Shown: one piece after another, positions 10,922-24,363 of the stretch | Numbering within the stretch: position 1 is the stretch's first letter | Layout: each line of letters opens with the position of its first letter | Assembly: GCA_013115145.1 (NCBI GenBank) | Contig: JAAPAO010000210.1 | Coordinates: 1-52,431 of the forward strand | Length of the DNA: 52,431 nucleotides | DNA from: Perkinsus chesapeaki ATCC PRA-425 | Lineage: Eukaryota > Protista > Perkinsozoa | Reading direction: 5' to 3' | The notes under the pieces: model-generated | The model's input: only the letters and a program-made list of their open reading frames with translations | The model's database searches: none | Told to the model about the DNA's origin: nothing | Program-made: the position numbers and the translations under genes

Positions 10922-13900
10922 TCAGCAACAACAGTAAAGACAACAAACAGAGTAACACATGAATGGTGCAGCACTATTATTATGGGGACAGCAGCTGTCA
11001 TCATCTAGCATCCTCTTTACAACGGCAATGGATGCTCTGCCTTCCATTGGGATAAGGTGAACAAGAAGGAGACAGCAGCTCCCCCGCCTGAACACAAAAA
11101 TCTGCACGCAAGCGCACATCGATCAGTCCTACGCTGTCGGTAACCCTTCTCCATGTCGGTTCAGCCGACGCAGAGCGACCAGCCGAGGTGCTTCGAGAAG
11201 CTAACCGATAAAAGGTCGGGGACAGCCTCGGTGTGCCACCACCTCCAGTTGCCGTCGAACGAGACGTCAACGTAGGTACAATCGGGGACTGTGAGAAACA
11301 ATAAACACTGGCTACCAATGGAAAGCCTACCCTGTTGGACGGAGGTGTCTTGATAGCTCCATCTCGGTGAGAAGAGAAGGAGCAAGAATTGGGAGGATGG
11401 CCAGCAGCCTCGGCCACCCTCTTGTGCAGGCGAGCTAGCTCCCGCCTGAAGTACTCGGAATCACCCGTATTCGAATCAACTTCATGATTTGTCGACAACA
11501 ACGATTATATGACATCGCTGGAATCTTAGCAACGCCATCGAATATGAACGCTAATAAAGGCTCATTTGAACGGCATTGGGAAGCCCTTTGCGGTGGTCGC
11601 ATCTCCAACTAAAATCGTTATACAACTCCAATTGGGTACCATCGCGATGGGAACTGTATCTCTATTATATAATTGATACAAAAGCACTTTACTATATATC
11701 TTAAACGGATCAAACCCGAAACCAGTTACTATTGCCACCACTAGCACTCCTCAATAACACTGCAAGAGCTGCTATATAAGGCTTACCCGACGCCCTGCCT
11801 AAGTGAATCCAGATCCACAGCAATCACATCGAACAGTCTACCCACAGCCTGAGACTTAACCACATCTCTCATGACTGGATAATTGCTTCACCTTTCGGCA
11901 ATCCGGAGACATGGTGCTCAGCTCCACGTAATCGGTGATGCGTTTGGAGCACACCCTATCCACACACTTCTCAATATTGCGAGATGATCGCATCACCGCT
12001 AGTAGCGCATCTCGACTAGGAGGCACCTGAGGGACAGCCTGCTGCTAGAGGGCAATATGGCCAAGTCACCGTAGGCTTCCAAGGCGTTGGAGCAACCTCT
12101 AGCGTATCTTTCCCGTGTGACTAAAGAAGAATCTTTGGCATCGATAAGATTCCCTCTGCCTACCCCTTCACAAACCAGTCTTCTACTAGGCAACTTGAAT
12201 GGTTTCACAGCAACACCCTCGTACTGGGAGGCCTCTCGTGGTCCCCTGTCGCCGTCGATGGTCCTGATCCCCGATATGAAACCACATAAATGGCTACGGT
12301 GCCCTCACCTGACTGTCCTCAAGGTTGTCAGGTTACCACGTATCCTCTCTATTTCGTCCTCTGCACGCTTTAGCCGATTACGTAGGTTGGAATTGTCGCT
12401 CTGAGCAGGTGTGAAAATCGCATCGACGAGCAGTTGCCCATCGACCCGGTGGAATGAGATGTTGTAGCATCACAATACAATTTGTGTTGTTCTGTATTAA
12501 GCTTAATAACATTATTGTGAGTAGTAAGTATATAGTCAATAGTTAACATTCTATAATTAACTATATTGTTAGTTAAATTATAGTTACTATACATTATTTA
12601 TTGTGTTGTTCTGTATCATACAAACATAGAGGCATGTTGCCTGATGGTTCCGATCATTGCGAGGTGTTTGCATTATATTCTTACGCTGGCCTATTTGATA
12701 ATGAGAATACTCATTTGACTGAAATCTAAAGACCAATGGACTTGTACGGGAAAGGTTCCTTCTCGGAAAGTTTTCTCATTTTCAGGGAGTGCGCCGCCCG
12801 AGCAGCTGTTAATAATACAGCTGCTCGGATGCTAATACAGACGAAGTGGTTAAGACGGTGAAAAATTATCAAATATTTACTAAGGAAAGGAAGCTGAATC
12901 TTGACAAGTAGTGAACAGCCCCGCGGCGGAGGCCGGGGCGTGCCGAGCCCGCAAACAAGAAGATTAACGTCTCACATTTTGTCGTGATAGTCCAGCCTGT
13001 AGCATTGCCACCTTGACATAAGGGTCATCGATATCACCGATACGAACCTCTAATGAAGCTGATCCTCGAACACCAGCAGCATGCCGACTAAAACAATAAC
13101 CGAGTGCGGCTTAATAAGCGGTTAAGTTCAATTACAGGGGGGGGGGGCAAAGTTGACGTAGTTAAAAAGGTAAGCGATTGTGTTTCTCGACACTATCTTT
13201 ACGGTCATTTACGGTGTACAGTTCACGCCGGCTAAGTCTTGTGCACAGTGATTTCACTGTTAAGGACAAAACTTCAAGATAAATGCGCCATAGATCACTG
13301 GGAGACCGAGAGGAATATCGTAAGGAACGCACTCGATAAGAATTTCCATCAGACCTCCTCCCCATCAGGACCACTTGCCGAAAGGCTAAATGCCTCTCTA
13401 AAAACTACCCCTAACTTACAAGGATAATTTAGCTCCAGCCATCTGATCACTGCGGGAGGTGCTATTAGCTCCGAGCCTCCTTGGCTCACGATTCTGCCAG
13501 TATAAGTATCAAAACTCTGGATGATGAGATCTAACCTACCTCCGGTAGTCGTCGTATCGGCGATGGTCTTGTTGGTGAGACATTTCGGAGCTCGGGTGAC
13601 CTCATTATTGGCATTAGTGTGGAAAATGAATCACCGACAGATCTGCAAATGTGGCTTCTTGGGAAGATAGTCTTTCCTATCTCCACATTAAGAGCCCTTT
13701 CCAGAATCACACGACTAATCAAAGTTCTATAGTCCTGGACATGAAGCTCCGACGGGTAAACATGTTAACGGTCTAGATTTAATACTTATTTCCCTGCTCC
13801 ATCGCCTTAGGTACAGCTTACGTTAATAACATACTTGGTTTGAATAATATAACTACATTGGGTTCAAAACGAAATACCATCATCTTGGTTTGCTATGTAC

Positions 13901-14260
13901 AGCCATCACATCAAACGTGCCGAGCTCCATACTAGGAGGGAGTGACTAATCAAATAAGAACTAGCATATGAGCCGCATACTTCCTTGACGGATGCGACTC
14001 GGATAATTCAACGATTTCTCGGGAACAGTTGGATATAAAAGTGCACAAGTCGGAAAGATGACCGTCAAATCCTGGAGTGACCACCAAGACCTCCATCCCT
14101 TAATTCCCTACCACTATTATCCCTCTCTCTGTTATTAACGTAACAAAGGCTGCCGTGAGGTGAAACATAGATATACTTACTCCTAGGTGAAACAACAACA
14201 ACAACGGGACAAAAAATACCATAAAATCACCACCAGCAGTCTTCGTGAGATATGCTGCCT
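10922..14260 (-). CDS. Probable multi-exon hypothetical protein (one or more genes; boundaries uncertain)
   Basis: Protein-like minus-strand segments with splice signals, e.g. NRLKRAEDEIERIRGNLTTLRTV spliced in frame over a 45-nt intron (12308-12264) to TIDGDRGPREASQYEG; also EYFRRELARLHKRV and DYRTLISRVILERALNVE. Confidence 0.35.
12798..12828. repeat. Perfect 12-bp stem, 7-nt loop inverted repeat
   Basis: ccgagcagctgt-taataat-acagctgctcgg. Confidence 0.85.
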
Positions 14261-14460
14261 TTAGAGTAGCAAGTACAGTTTACAAAATAATTTGACACCG
14301 CCAATCGACGAGCCATCACCTTGGTGGCTCGGGGACGCAGATAGCCGGAGGAAGGGCTGCACTGTATAGGCCGAATCAATAAATGGCAGAGACGACAGCC
14401 GAAACCGGCAGTAGGATTAGTTGAACAAGGGGAGCGAGATGGACTGTGTAGATATGAAAC

Positions 14461-14492
14461 AAGGCGCCCTGGTTCGAACCCAGGGAGGGGCA
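14461..14492 (+). pseudogene. tRNA 3'-half fragment (T-arm, acceptor 3' strand, discriminator) followed by TTTT
   Basis: cctgg-TTCGAAC-ccagg T-arm, gaggggc, A, then tttt (14493-14496). No matching 5' acceptor strand or D-arm upstream, so isotype cannot be assigned. Confidence 0.5.
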
Positions 14493-15712
14493 TTTTCGGC
14501 TCCTCGGAGCAGGATCACGGCCAAGACATCCGAGCAGCTAAATAGAGTAACGAATGATAACCTGAACCAGGCGGATAGATAGGACGCTACGAAGATGCCG
14601 AGGGTGCTCACATTAGGAACTAAAAAATTGGTATAGCGGTATCGCTCTGGCCATGGAAGCTAACCTGAGATGGAGATATATACTGTAGGGAACAGTACTG
14701 TATAAGCAATAACATGGCAAATTGTCATGACATAATGACAATTATGAGATGACGATACACTGAGAGACTCTTAGCCGTTGGAAGTACAAAACCGGGTAGA
14801 TTCGAGGTCCGATGACAACTCCCCGTAGTAGGAGGTGCCGTTATGGAGAATTTTTTAAACTAGTTAAATAATATTCCAATACGGGCTACTGAATAACGCC
14901 GAGGTCAACAGACACCCGGTCATTACAATCTTCCAAATCCTCATCATGGCCTTGGAGAAAATCCAAACGAAGAGTCTTGTGGGCTTTCGGAGTGCCATAG
15001 CAAACCTCCTCTGTTCTAACTTTACGAGTATTGCCAAATCTGAAAAACGAATAACACCCGGCCGACGGAGCGAAGCTTTTTACTCTGGCTGTTCTTCGGG
15101 ATGGGAAGCTAGCTCATTACAGGCCTCGTCGTAGTCAGGTGCGATAGGCACGCGAATCTGATGGAAAAATAGGAAAACTCCGGCCAATATTGGGGCATAC
15201 CAAACGCCTCAAATTGGAGGGAGAATAAATATGGCTGCTCTTGGGCATCTCATTAAGGCGCTCTCTAAGATGTTGAGGGCTCGCTGGGGAGGAGGATTTA
15301 CGGACTGCCCAATGAGATGGCATGACTTAATAACAATGTAATAACTACAACAAATGAGAGACATACTTTGCCCCGACTACTGGAAGATTTGCTGCGCTCC
15401 ATCGCTGCCTAAACATCTTGACCTCACCGATCTACTATTTTAGCTCTCACGGAAACACACATTTTCTGTATGGTAGTTAATATATATGGGTTCATGAATC
15501 GCGGAGAGAAGTCGCGAGGCCGCCTTAACGAAGGATATTTCCCTGCGCTCGTATACATAGACTATTATAATACTTATAACGTCTATACTTGCCGATAATT
15601 TTTTCATTATCCGATTGTATATCAACATCCCCGATACCTTCACCATCCCTCAATACAAGGTTGGATGCGATAGCAAGTGTACTGGGAAACGAATAATACT
15701 AATTTTGCATTT

Positions 15713-16922
15713 TTATTCTTCATCATCAGATAGATCCGACATATCTTTGGTGAGCTCATCCGCGACCGCCCAGGAATCCTCCACACATTGAACCACCTTC
15801 AAGTTATACCTATACCAAATCTCTCCTACCTCCCTCCCCCACAGTGTACTACTCCCGTCTGTTCTCGCTCCATAACCGAGCCGCCTCACTGTTAGCTGGA
15901 GAATTGGGGTTAGGGTCGCATAGAAGCGATTGGATTGACGTGAGGATGGCTGCTATATCGTAGATAGGAGACCACTAAAAAAGACAATATTGATTGTGTT
16001 ATCTTGAACCACCACTTAGGTGTCATAATAGGCTGTTGTGGACCCTAATAGTGATAGTAAGTACCACCATTAGATGCTCCAAGACCCGAACAACACGTGT
16101 GAGTAGATTTCTCTGAGTCATCAATCTGAGTCTAATTTCATGTCCGAGTCTGAGTACATTAATGCTGTTGTTGCGCTATTATAATAGATATCGAAAGGAT
16201 ATAACAACAGCACATGATTTAAGGACATAACGTTGAATTCGAAGGACACTGAGGGGCATGACGAGCCAACTACTAGTGTACCCCTACCATCACTCTAGGA
16301 GCATGCTTGAGATAAGATACCATTCGACTCAAGTGTATAACAGTTAATGCACCAACACTAAATGTAACTCAGACTAAATAAACGTATGGTAAAGAAGCAA
16401 TGGACACTGTATTGGAAACCACCCTCCCCACCGTAAAGGGCCCTCCAGCTCACCTGGTTCTGTAATATATCCAAGCATATCTCCCCACTGGTGTAGATAT
16501 TAGGATGGAACATGGGATTCAGGAACCGCACCCGAGGAGGCTTAGTGGGGAACTCCTCACTGAATGTTACTTCCAATTGGAAAGTACCTTAGGAAATACG
16601 TTAATGACTATAGATGACCATAATGACCATTAATACACCATATTTTAGAGATGATAGAAAGCTGCGGAAAATCCGTTTTAAGTCACCAGTGTGTATTTTC
16701 AACGGTGACGATAATTTTGTCGGAAGGCATTCCACGGATCACCGCGCGAGCATGGCTGGGTGGGATGCTACCTCCTTCCCAAGGCGTATCTTCCGGGCCA
16801 AACATAACCGCGGTCCACCTCATGATATCATCCGTTGCTGGGGCCGCACTGACTCCACTGGGAGGATCTTGCTGGAGCTTTTTGAGATCTCGAATGAGCC
16901 TTCGACGAGCAACTGTTGACAT
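15713..16922 (-). CDS. UBC2: Ubiquitin-conjugating enzyme E2, Rad6/UBC2 type
   Basis: [23 protein letters not shown]...[31 protein letters not shown]...[73 protein letters not shown] plus acidic tail; 4 exons. Confidence 0.96.
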
Positions 16923-17644
16923 TTATATAACTCGGTCTTAAACTGCTGCAGACCACTTGTCTCTTTCTGTGCAACATTGTGGAACGGGCAGAACAAAGCT
17001 GATCGGCCTGCATTGGACTTAGAGAGAGTTTCAGCTTGTGTGGTCTCTCAGAGCAATTGCAGAGTCGCTTCGAATGCAGTAAGGTTGGTGTAGGGATAGG
17101 GCCACGATAGGTCCGCTAGAGATTTAAAATATGGTTAAAGCCCCCAGTCCTAACGAGCGGTATGCTGGACTTAGCTACACTTGCTAAAAGTTCAATTATA
17201 AACAGACAGTTGCGAGTGGCTGCACAACCAACAGGCCAATGCCAGGACAAATCCGGTCAACGCGAATCGTTTCGCTCCGCTATTCGTAACCCGCGCGCGC
17301 CCCTCAATTTTCTGCTCTTCCATTGGAGAGACACACCAACGCTTTTATCGTCCTGTAACGACTAAACTACTGTTGGGCCCTCCTAGACACTCATCTGCCC
17401 CTCTCCGGCTAATGGTAACCGCTGAGCTGTTTTGGGAAATTCTGTGACTTAAACTTTTCGCTGGGATTGCATTCTCCCGGCCATCTGGTTGAACTCAGCC
17501 AACCGATTCTATTATGGGACATGGTTGGAGAAACTATGGGCCAATTCCGAATACTGAGAATCTTGCCATAATAATAATCTCAGTAGGCGCTCATCTCTGT
17601 TATCATCCTTAGTTGGCTGCTGTTTGTAAAGTACCTTCGACAAC

Positions 17645-18394
17645 ATGCGTATTGAGAAGTGCTGGTACTGCAGTAGTAATATCTACCCAGGCCATGGTGT
17701 CATGTTCGTACGGAATGACGGCAAGGTAATCCATCCAAAGGGAGCAACGGGGCCAGCACCTATGGCAGGTGTTCCGTTTCTGCCGATCGAAGTGTCATCG
17801 TCACTTCAAGCGGAAGCACAACCCTCGCAAGGCCGCTTGGACCAAGGCTTACAGGTAGGAGTGCTCTAGGCCAGGAGAAGGAGCTTCATCAGGGCGGCTC
17901 ATGGCAAGGAGATGACCACCGACTCGACGTTCGACTTCGAGAAGAAGAGGAACACTCCTGTAGGGTCCTGCTGGGGAGGGGGAAGGTCGATGGTTTGGCA
18001 GGTTAAATACGATCGCGACTTGTGGGTTAAGACCGTGAGGGCAATGAAGATCGTGGACCGTATAAGAACGGTAGTGATATCTCTGGGGGTTGGGCGGGGT
18101 AGGGCTGTTGGCAGGTACGCAAGGACAGGTTCCAGAAGAACAGGCTGGCGGCACAGAGGAAGGTCCGTATACATCTGGCAGAGAAGGAGATAGCCAAGCA
18201 GGGTAACAAGCTGGGAAGATACGTTTGAGGTTGATTGGTGTGCATTATCATCAGGCGAGCTGCTGAAGAAGCCTATCACCAAGTTGGACCAGATGAAGCG
18301 TCGCGAGGAGCTCAGGCGCAAAGAAGGAGCATTGCCGGCCCAGCAGGAGAAGGTCCAGAGGATGGATGTCGACCAGGGATCCGACTCGGACTAG
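17645..18394 (+). CDS. RLP24: Ribosome biogenesis protein RLP24 (L24e family)
   Basis: [101 protein letters not shown]...; six exons in frame. Confidence 0.95.
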
Positions 18395-18561
18395 GGCCCT
18401 CGGAAGAAGGAGAACACCCCGCAATCACTGCGGACACGTTATTACTGAAAACCACAGCTTCTATACGTCACAGTCACATTACTACTAGGAGGTTTCTACG
18501 ACGTTTGGTTGGGTTGTGTTGGGGGTTAGAGGTATGTTTGGTGGTAGCAGCCGTCGGATAA

Positions 18562-21500
18562 ATGCCAACGAAGAAGACAGCTAATAAGCTGTCTAGTAGA
18601 GACAGGCAAAGGCCCTCTGATGGCTCTGGTTTCAATCAATTTGATATGAGAGCTAATAGGGCGGCACGGAAGCCTGTGCTTGGGATGGTAATAGCCTAAA
18701 GGGGTCTGATGGGGCTTCTGGGGGAATGTCTGACACTTGAACGTAGAGTGTGGAGGAGTTGTTATTCGGCGGTAGCTTCATGAGGCTTGCTGCGGGGGTG
18801 GCTTAGGGGAGGGGTGCTAGTGAGCTTTGATAACATTTGCTACCCAATTAAATTTAACGTGTTCAACCCACTAAGGCAGTAGAACCCCAGTAGACTATTT
18901 GACGTTTACTGCATAGGAGATATAGATTGATAATCGAGTATAATATAGAAATGAGGTTGAAGCGTGCATAATATATATAATAAGATACGCAGTAATAGTG
19001 CATACAATAATATTCCGGTTTATCTTTAACCCACTAAAGCGTCTTTAGCTATCCGTCAGATGGGTAGATAAGTTGTCCGGGTATTCAGGCTCAGCAGCAT
19101 GGGTCACGTCGTAATATGTCGGAGAGTAAGTCATATGCTAAGACCTCTCGCAAGGACTCGCTACTGAAGGAGTTCAGAGCTTTGGGGAAGACAGGCTCAT
19201 TTAAAGACAAGTAAGAGGGGATGGCAGGCTACATTGTATGCATTTGCCACTTAGGCGATTGGATGCCAAGGCCAGAGGGATGTCCTCGGAGGAGCTGGCA
19301 TCGGCACGGTTTAGGAAGGAGCGTATGCGGCAGCAGGAAAAGAGAAAGAAAAGGAATGCTGCCTTCGGCCTGGAAGAGGAAGAGCAGGACGGAGAGACGG
19401 CTGAGGTTGGAATATCTTTTGGGGTTATTCGGTAAAATTTCCTCGCTGAATTGCTATAATAAATACGCTGATGGGGAGGATGGCCAAATCTCATTTAGTG
19501 GAATTTTCCCAGAATTTTTGTTTCTCGCTCTGGGGTCCGGGTGTGGGTGGGATTTTATCGTGATGGTAGGATAATTTGCTGACGCACGGTGGGAAGCCGG
19601 TGAAGGCAATGACGGCCGATGAGCTCCGTGGAGATCCTTTAAGTGACTCCGATGATGATGAGGAGCTTAAGAGAGAGATTGAGGCCGAGGTGAGGAGGTG
19701 AATTGGGGGGAGAAGGTAAATCTTGGTGGTAGTTGATGAAGACGTCAGAAGGTGGCAGCAGTAATAAGCACGGTAGTAAGCAGGAGCTTTATCAGGAGAT
19801 CATGGCAAAGGCAAAGGCATATAAAGCTGACAGACAAAGGGAGAAAATGAAACATGTAATAGGGGGGCAATCCCTGCCTGGAAAGCGTTGCTTGTTGGGG
19901 CGGTTTGGTATTTCAATATGGTAACACTGGGTTGTATTATATAGGCTTAATGGTCATTGTGTGCATTTAGGGTGCAAGGAGCACACTACTCGCTCATTTG
20001 CTTTTAAATATCTTTTACGCTTTTTATCTGCCGTCAAATTCGAGCCTTGGTTGCCAGGCTTTCGCCGTAGCTCTTGCGAAGCTACCTTCTTTCCTTTCCT
20101 GATAGAATCCATGAATTCCTTTTCGTTTTCAGGAAGAAGCTCTGGCGTCTCTAGATGCCGACTATAAGGGTATCTTACCGTCACTTAAGTTCCGCCCCAG
20201 CAAGTACAGTGTAGAGGTAATATCTGTGTGGTGGGGAGGGGTGGTGATGGTGTGAATAGGGAATAAAGGCGGCAAATGCATTGTCATCTGAGGGACCGGA
20301 TGAGTTTGATATGATCAGTAAACAGCTTATGATGGAAGGAGGACATGCTGCTAAGGCGGCTGATAGGTAGTAGTGAGGGGACAGTGGGGACAGTGGGTTT
20401 GGGGTTTAAAGGGGGCTTGCTGAGTGCTGATGAGCAATAATATGAATAATGATATCGAGTGAAGAATATATGTATCTACAGTACCGTAAAACATACGATA
20501 TAACTGGCCCGCTGTGAAATCTAATTCTCATTGGAATGGCACTATTTTCACTGATGCTGCTGTAGTTAGTGTTTTATCTCCATAGGACTGTATAACGAAA
20601 TGATGCATGGGGAGCATATCTATATTGATATATTATTGCCAAGGGCACATCCCTCTAGTGGGGACTTATTATTCCACCGCTTGATGGCCGGTATCTACTC
20701 GAGCACGGGACGAGCTAGTAATGCTGATAAACCCTTCAGCTCAGTCGATTATCATAATTGTGCAGTGAGTTGGGGACTTAGCGGGCCACCTCGATACGAT
20801 GAAAATCATTTGCGGCACCATCAGCGTTTGTGGTTGATAATATATGGAATAATGTCCTTTGAGATGCATGGGCACTAGTAGGGATGGATGATGATGGTGT
20901 TTAGGTTGATGAGCTCGGAGGAGGTAGCATTGGAGAATGCTAAGCGATTGGAAAAGTTGGAGGAACAGAGAAAGAACAGGATGTTGAATGATGAACCGGG
21001 CGTTGAGGAAATGCAAGAGGAGCAAGATGAGCAAGAGGGAGAGGATATCCCAGATGACGATGACGTGGAGGATGATGAAGAGGAAGAGGGGGAGGTGAGG
21101 TGTAGCTACTGACGTGTAGATTTCATGCTCTTGCGAGAATGAGCACGTTTTAACATCTTAAAACATTTTTCCCTCGAGCTTGGGTTATCATTGGCTCCTT
21201 CAAGTGAGCTCGGTAGCGAAGTAATGGAACAGGTATTACCAAAAATATCTAAATTGGCTTGTTGTTGCAGAACATTTAGCACTGAAAAACTGTATTATCT
21301 GCTCAGGCTGATGAGATGCCCGCCGAGAGCCAAGTTGAAGATGTCGAGGAAGGGTCGGAGGGTGATGAGGAGGAGGTAAGTGGGATGCCGTAGTGATGGC
21401 GAACTTATGGAAGAGAAGGCAACAGTGAAATACGGACAGCAGAGGGAATTTGCAACCTGAGAGAAGTCCCTTTCGGTGATAGGAAAGCGAGGTCGGTGAG

Positions 21501-24127
21501 GAGAGTACTGCTGCTGGCCCAGCTGATGATGACGAGAGGCTGGCCATGTTGGCAGTGGATGATAGCGACTCTGATATAGATGATGAGGATGCTGAGGCGA
21601 TAGATGATTATACAGTGGGGGATGAGGAGATGATTGAGGAGAAAAGTGGTATGAAAATATGGAGGATGAGTTGGAAGGAGCGGCTGTGGTCTTATAGGAG
21701 CTATGGAGTATCCTATGGAGCTGCCAGTTGGGTTCGATGCATTTATTAACAGTCCCGATGAGGATAAGGCAGGCCTGCCGTTCTCTGTAGCCTGCCCGCA
21801 TACTGGTGATGTTATGGAGGAGCTATTGGCTAAGTTCGAGCCTATCAGTAAGTGTCCTGAGGGTGGGGGAGGATCGAGCAGGGAGTTATAGAGAGACGTC
21901 AAGCGTTATTTTGGAAAGGGTGTTTAAGTCTTGCCTTCGATTTCTATTAATGTCTTGTATTTTCACGCAGTGCGCACTTTCTCTCGAGGATCACATATTT
22001 CTTATAGAGGGATACTTGTTTTGTCGTTAAGTCTCCCTTCTGCCGTCTGTCTATTTGAAGCTACGGAAATCTATTACGCATCATTATATGGTCTGTATAA
22101 GACGATTTAGGTCGGGCCAAACTAGTGTATCGTCTCATTGCCTGCCACAACACTCCAGATGAACGCGCCAAGCCTCAGAAGCTCCGGGTAGGCATTTCGT
22201 ACTTCCCTTCGTACCTGTATGGCCCCATCAGGTCCTCTTAAGCTCGCTGCTATCTTATCTGTCCGATCATGACATTCGTCTGTTGCCGCTTGTGCGAGCG
22301 CCACTGCTGGACCTTGCCAGGCTGATGCCAGATTGCGCTACTGAGTGCGTCTTTAGAAAGGTTTTCATTAATAATAGCATGACTTAGTTACTTTTCGATG
22401 AATCTTATCGCAGCCTACTCCAACTCTAGAAGGCCGGACACCAAGGCTATTAACATGCTGCACATAGTGGCGACTATCTTCCAAACCACCGATATTCGGT
22501 AGGAGCTGACGACTTTGTGCACTCGATATTGTGTATCAGGCATAGGATAGTTCAGCCGGCTTTGATGCTGCTGGAGCAGTGGGCGTGCTGTACACAGGAT
22601 ACCAGGCTGCTTGCTTTATTGTAAGCTGAGGGATATCTAACTTCGGTCGGAGGCGGAAATAAAGGAGGACAGTTCACTGAGCTTCTCTGAGGGTCAAGCA
22701 TTTGGTTCTGTAGGAGCTCATCCAGGTGTACGGTGAAGAAGAAGAATCCTGGGCGATTAGGTTTTATTCGAAAGAGTGATTATGATGCTGAAATCTTGGA
22801 AACACTGTTGTCGATTTGATAAACATGAAATGCGTCGACTTTCCCCCTTTCGGCCGTTAAGATTGCCTTGATGAAGTTGGTTTGGTAGGTACGAGTTCCT
22901 GCAGCCAGCCAAGCGATACAGCCCGGCCTTCTTCCAACTGGCTGGTCGACTGATGAGATGCGGCGCTGAGGTTAGCTCTACAGTAGTCATGGTGATAATT
23001 ATTTGTTGAGCCAGGCTGAGAAGGAGACTGCAAAGACGTTGGTTAGGAGGGCTTATATGCAGGCAGGCTCCGATGAGAAGGGAGGGCTGCAGATAGCAGT
23101 GCAGAAGTAAGGAGGATTATGGAGGCAGGGAGGAACAGCACGCGCTCGCAACAGGAACGGATTTGATGTCTTACCGAGGTTGCATTGCCTATTATGGCAT
23201 ATGGTTGAAAGATGCCGAATAGGTTATTCAGCTCCAGCAGGAAAGTTTCTTGGGGCTCGAGGAACATTGGGATGTTAGGTACTGCCCTGCCCTCTCCCGT
23301 CTGGTGCTAGGACCTCATCCAAGGCTGAGATTGCATGCCTTCCGACCATTAGCGGTGCCTAGCTTGGAGCCTGTGTTCTACGATCCAGATTCAGCACAGA
23401 GCCATCTTAAGGGTAAGCAAGGGGACTTAAGGAATCGTTCTTTGCTTTGGTGAAATTTCTTTACTGGTGAAAATATGATGGAAATATGGAACTTTTTTCA
23501 CGTTTCAGCTTGTATTAGAGCATATATCCAGATCACCCAGGCTTTGCGCTTTTCTCAAAAATGCTTGCCTTGAACGTTGGGGGAGTTAGTCACTTCCAGC
23601 CGGATAGCTCTATATGGATCTATGTTAGCTGTTGGCTTGATTGAAGTGATCTCTGTGATGGAATGCTAGCAGATCTACAAAAGCAGCAGGGCAGGTATTG
23701 TTATTCAGGTAAGGATCCCGTCCTGCATGAGGTGCAGAAGATGAAGAGGCAGTTCAAACAGGAGAGAAGAGGGGCCAAGCGACAGCTCAGCAAGGATGCC
23801 AGCTTCCTTAGGAGTGTAGGCCAGGGGCTGATGTGGGCGAAAAGTGGTATGAATTCCTTAGGTGCGGGCGAATGACCTTCACGCTAAGGACGTTGCGATT
23901 CAACAAGACAAGAAGCGGATACGAGCGGCCTTGGATGAGAGCACTAATAACTACAAAGTGATGCGGACGGAGAATGCTAGGATGGATACAAAGCTGGTAG
24001 GTGGGGAGGAGAGAGGAAGGTGATTGAGGGTGTGGTTCAGCATGGAAGCTACAGGAAGAACAAGGAGAAGAAGAAGGCCAATAGGAGGATGGCCGGCAAC
24101 CAGGTGGCTCAGAAGTCTACGGACTAG
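18562..24127 (+). CDS. NOP14: Nucleolar protein 14 (SSU processome), many exons
   Basis: N-terminal RKDSLLKEFRALGKTGSFKDK-RLD...MSSEELASARFRKERMRQ, acidic middle, C-terminal EVQKMKRQFKQERRGAKRQLSKDASFL; these match Nop14 signatures. Internal exons only partly traced. Confidence 0.85.
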
Positions 24128-24363
24128 AGGAGGGCCCCTGCAACGTTGATAACACTGTTCAATAGAGGGAGAGTGCCTAAGTTTCTTGGAGCTCTCCCTC
24201 ACTAAGTTCACCACGTCGGTTTATTGATCCTCCCTGTGTCGAGTTGTTAATTCAAGGCAATGGGTTTCTCAAAAATTAAACAACGTATTCTGTGTGGCAG
24301 GTCTCGTGGGCGATGTACTCCACATTTGAGTAGTTGTGTGTTTTATGGTATGAGTAGTCGAAT

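Noticed and set aside
14172-14181. U1 snRNA-like ATACTTAC
   Set aside because: It is the complement of a minus-strand 5' splice site; no U1 structure follows.
14485-14545. Circularly permuted tRNA (3' half followed by gctcctc as 5' acceptor strand)
   Set aside because: Downstream sequence lacks U8, a D-arm and G18G19, and TTTT would terminate Pol III first.
16090-16170. C/D snoRNA in the long UBC2 intron (also searched NOP14 introns)
   Set aside because: TGATGA-like boxes without a properly spaced CTGA or terminal stem.
17397-17432. gcccctc...tggtaa as a split-tRNA 5' half matching the 14461 fragment
   Set aside because: Acceptor pairs perfectly, but anticodon stems are not complementary, A14 is absent and a 7-mer match is expected by chance.
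19954-20184. Protein-like antisense ORF inside a NOP14 intron
   Set aside because: Short, no recognisable motif; may be a captured fragment but unsupported.
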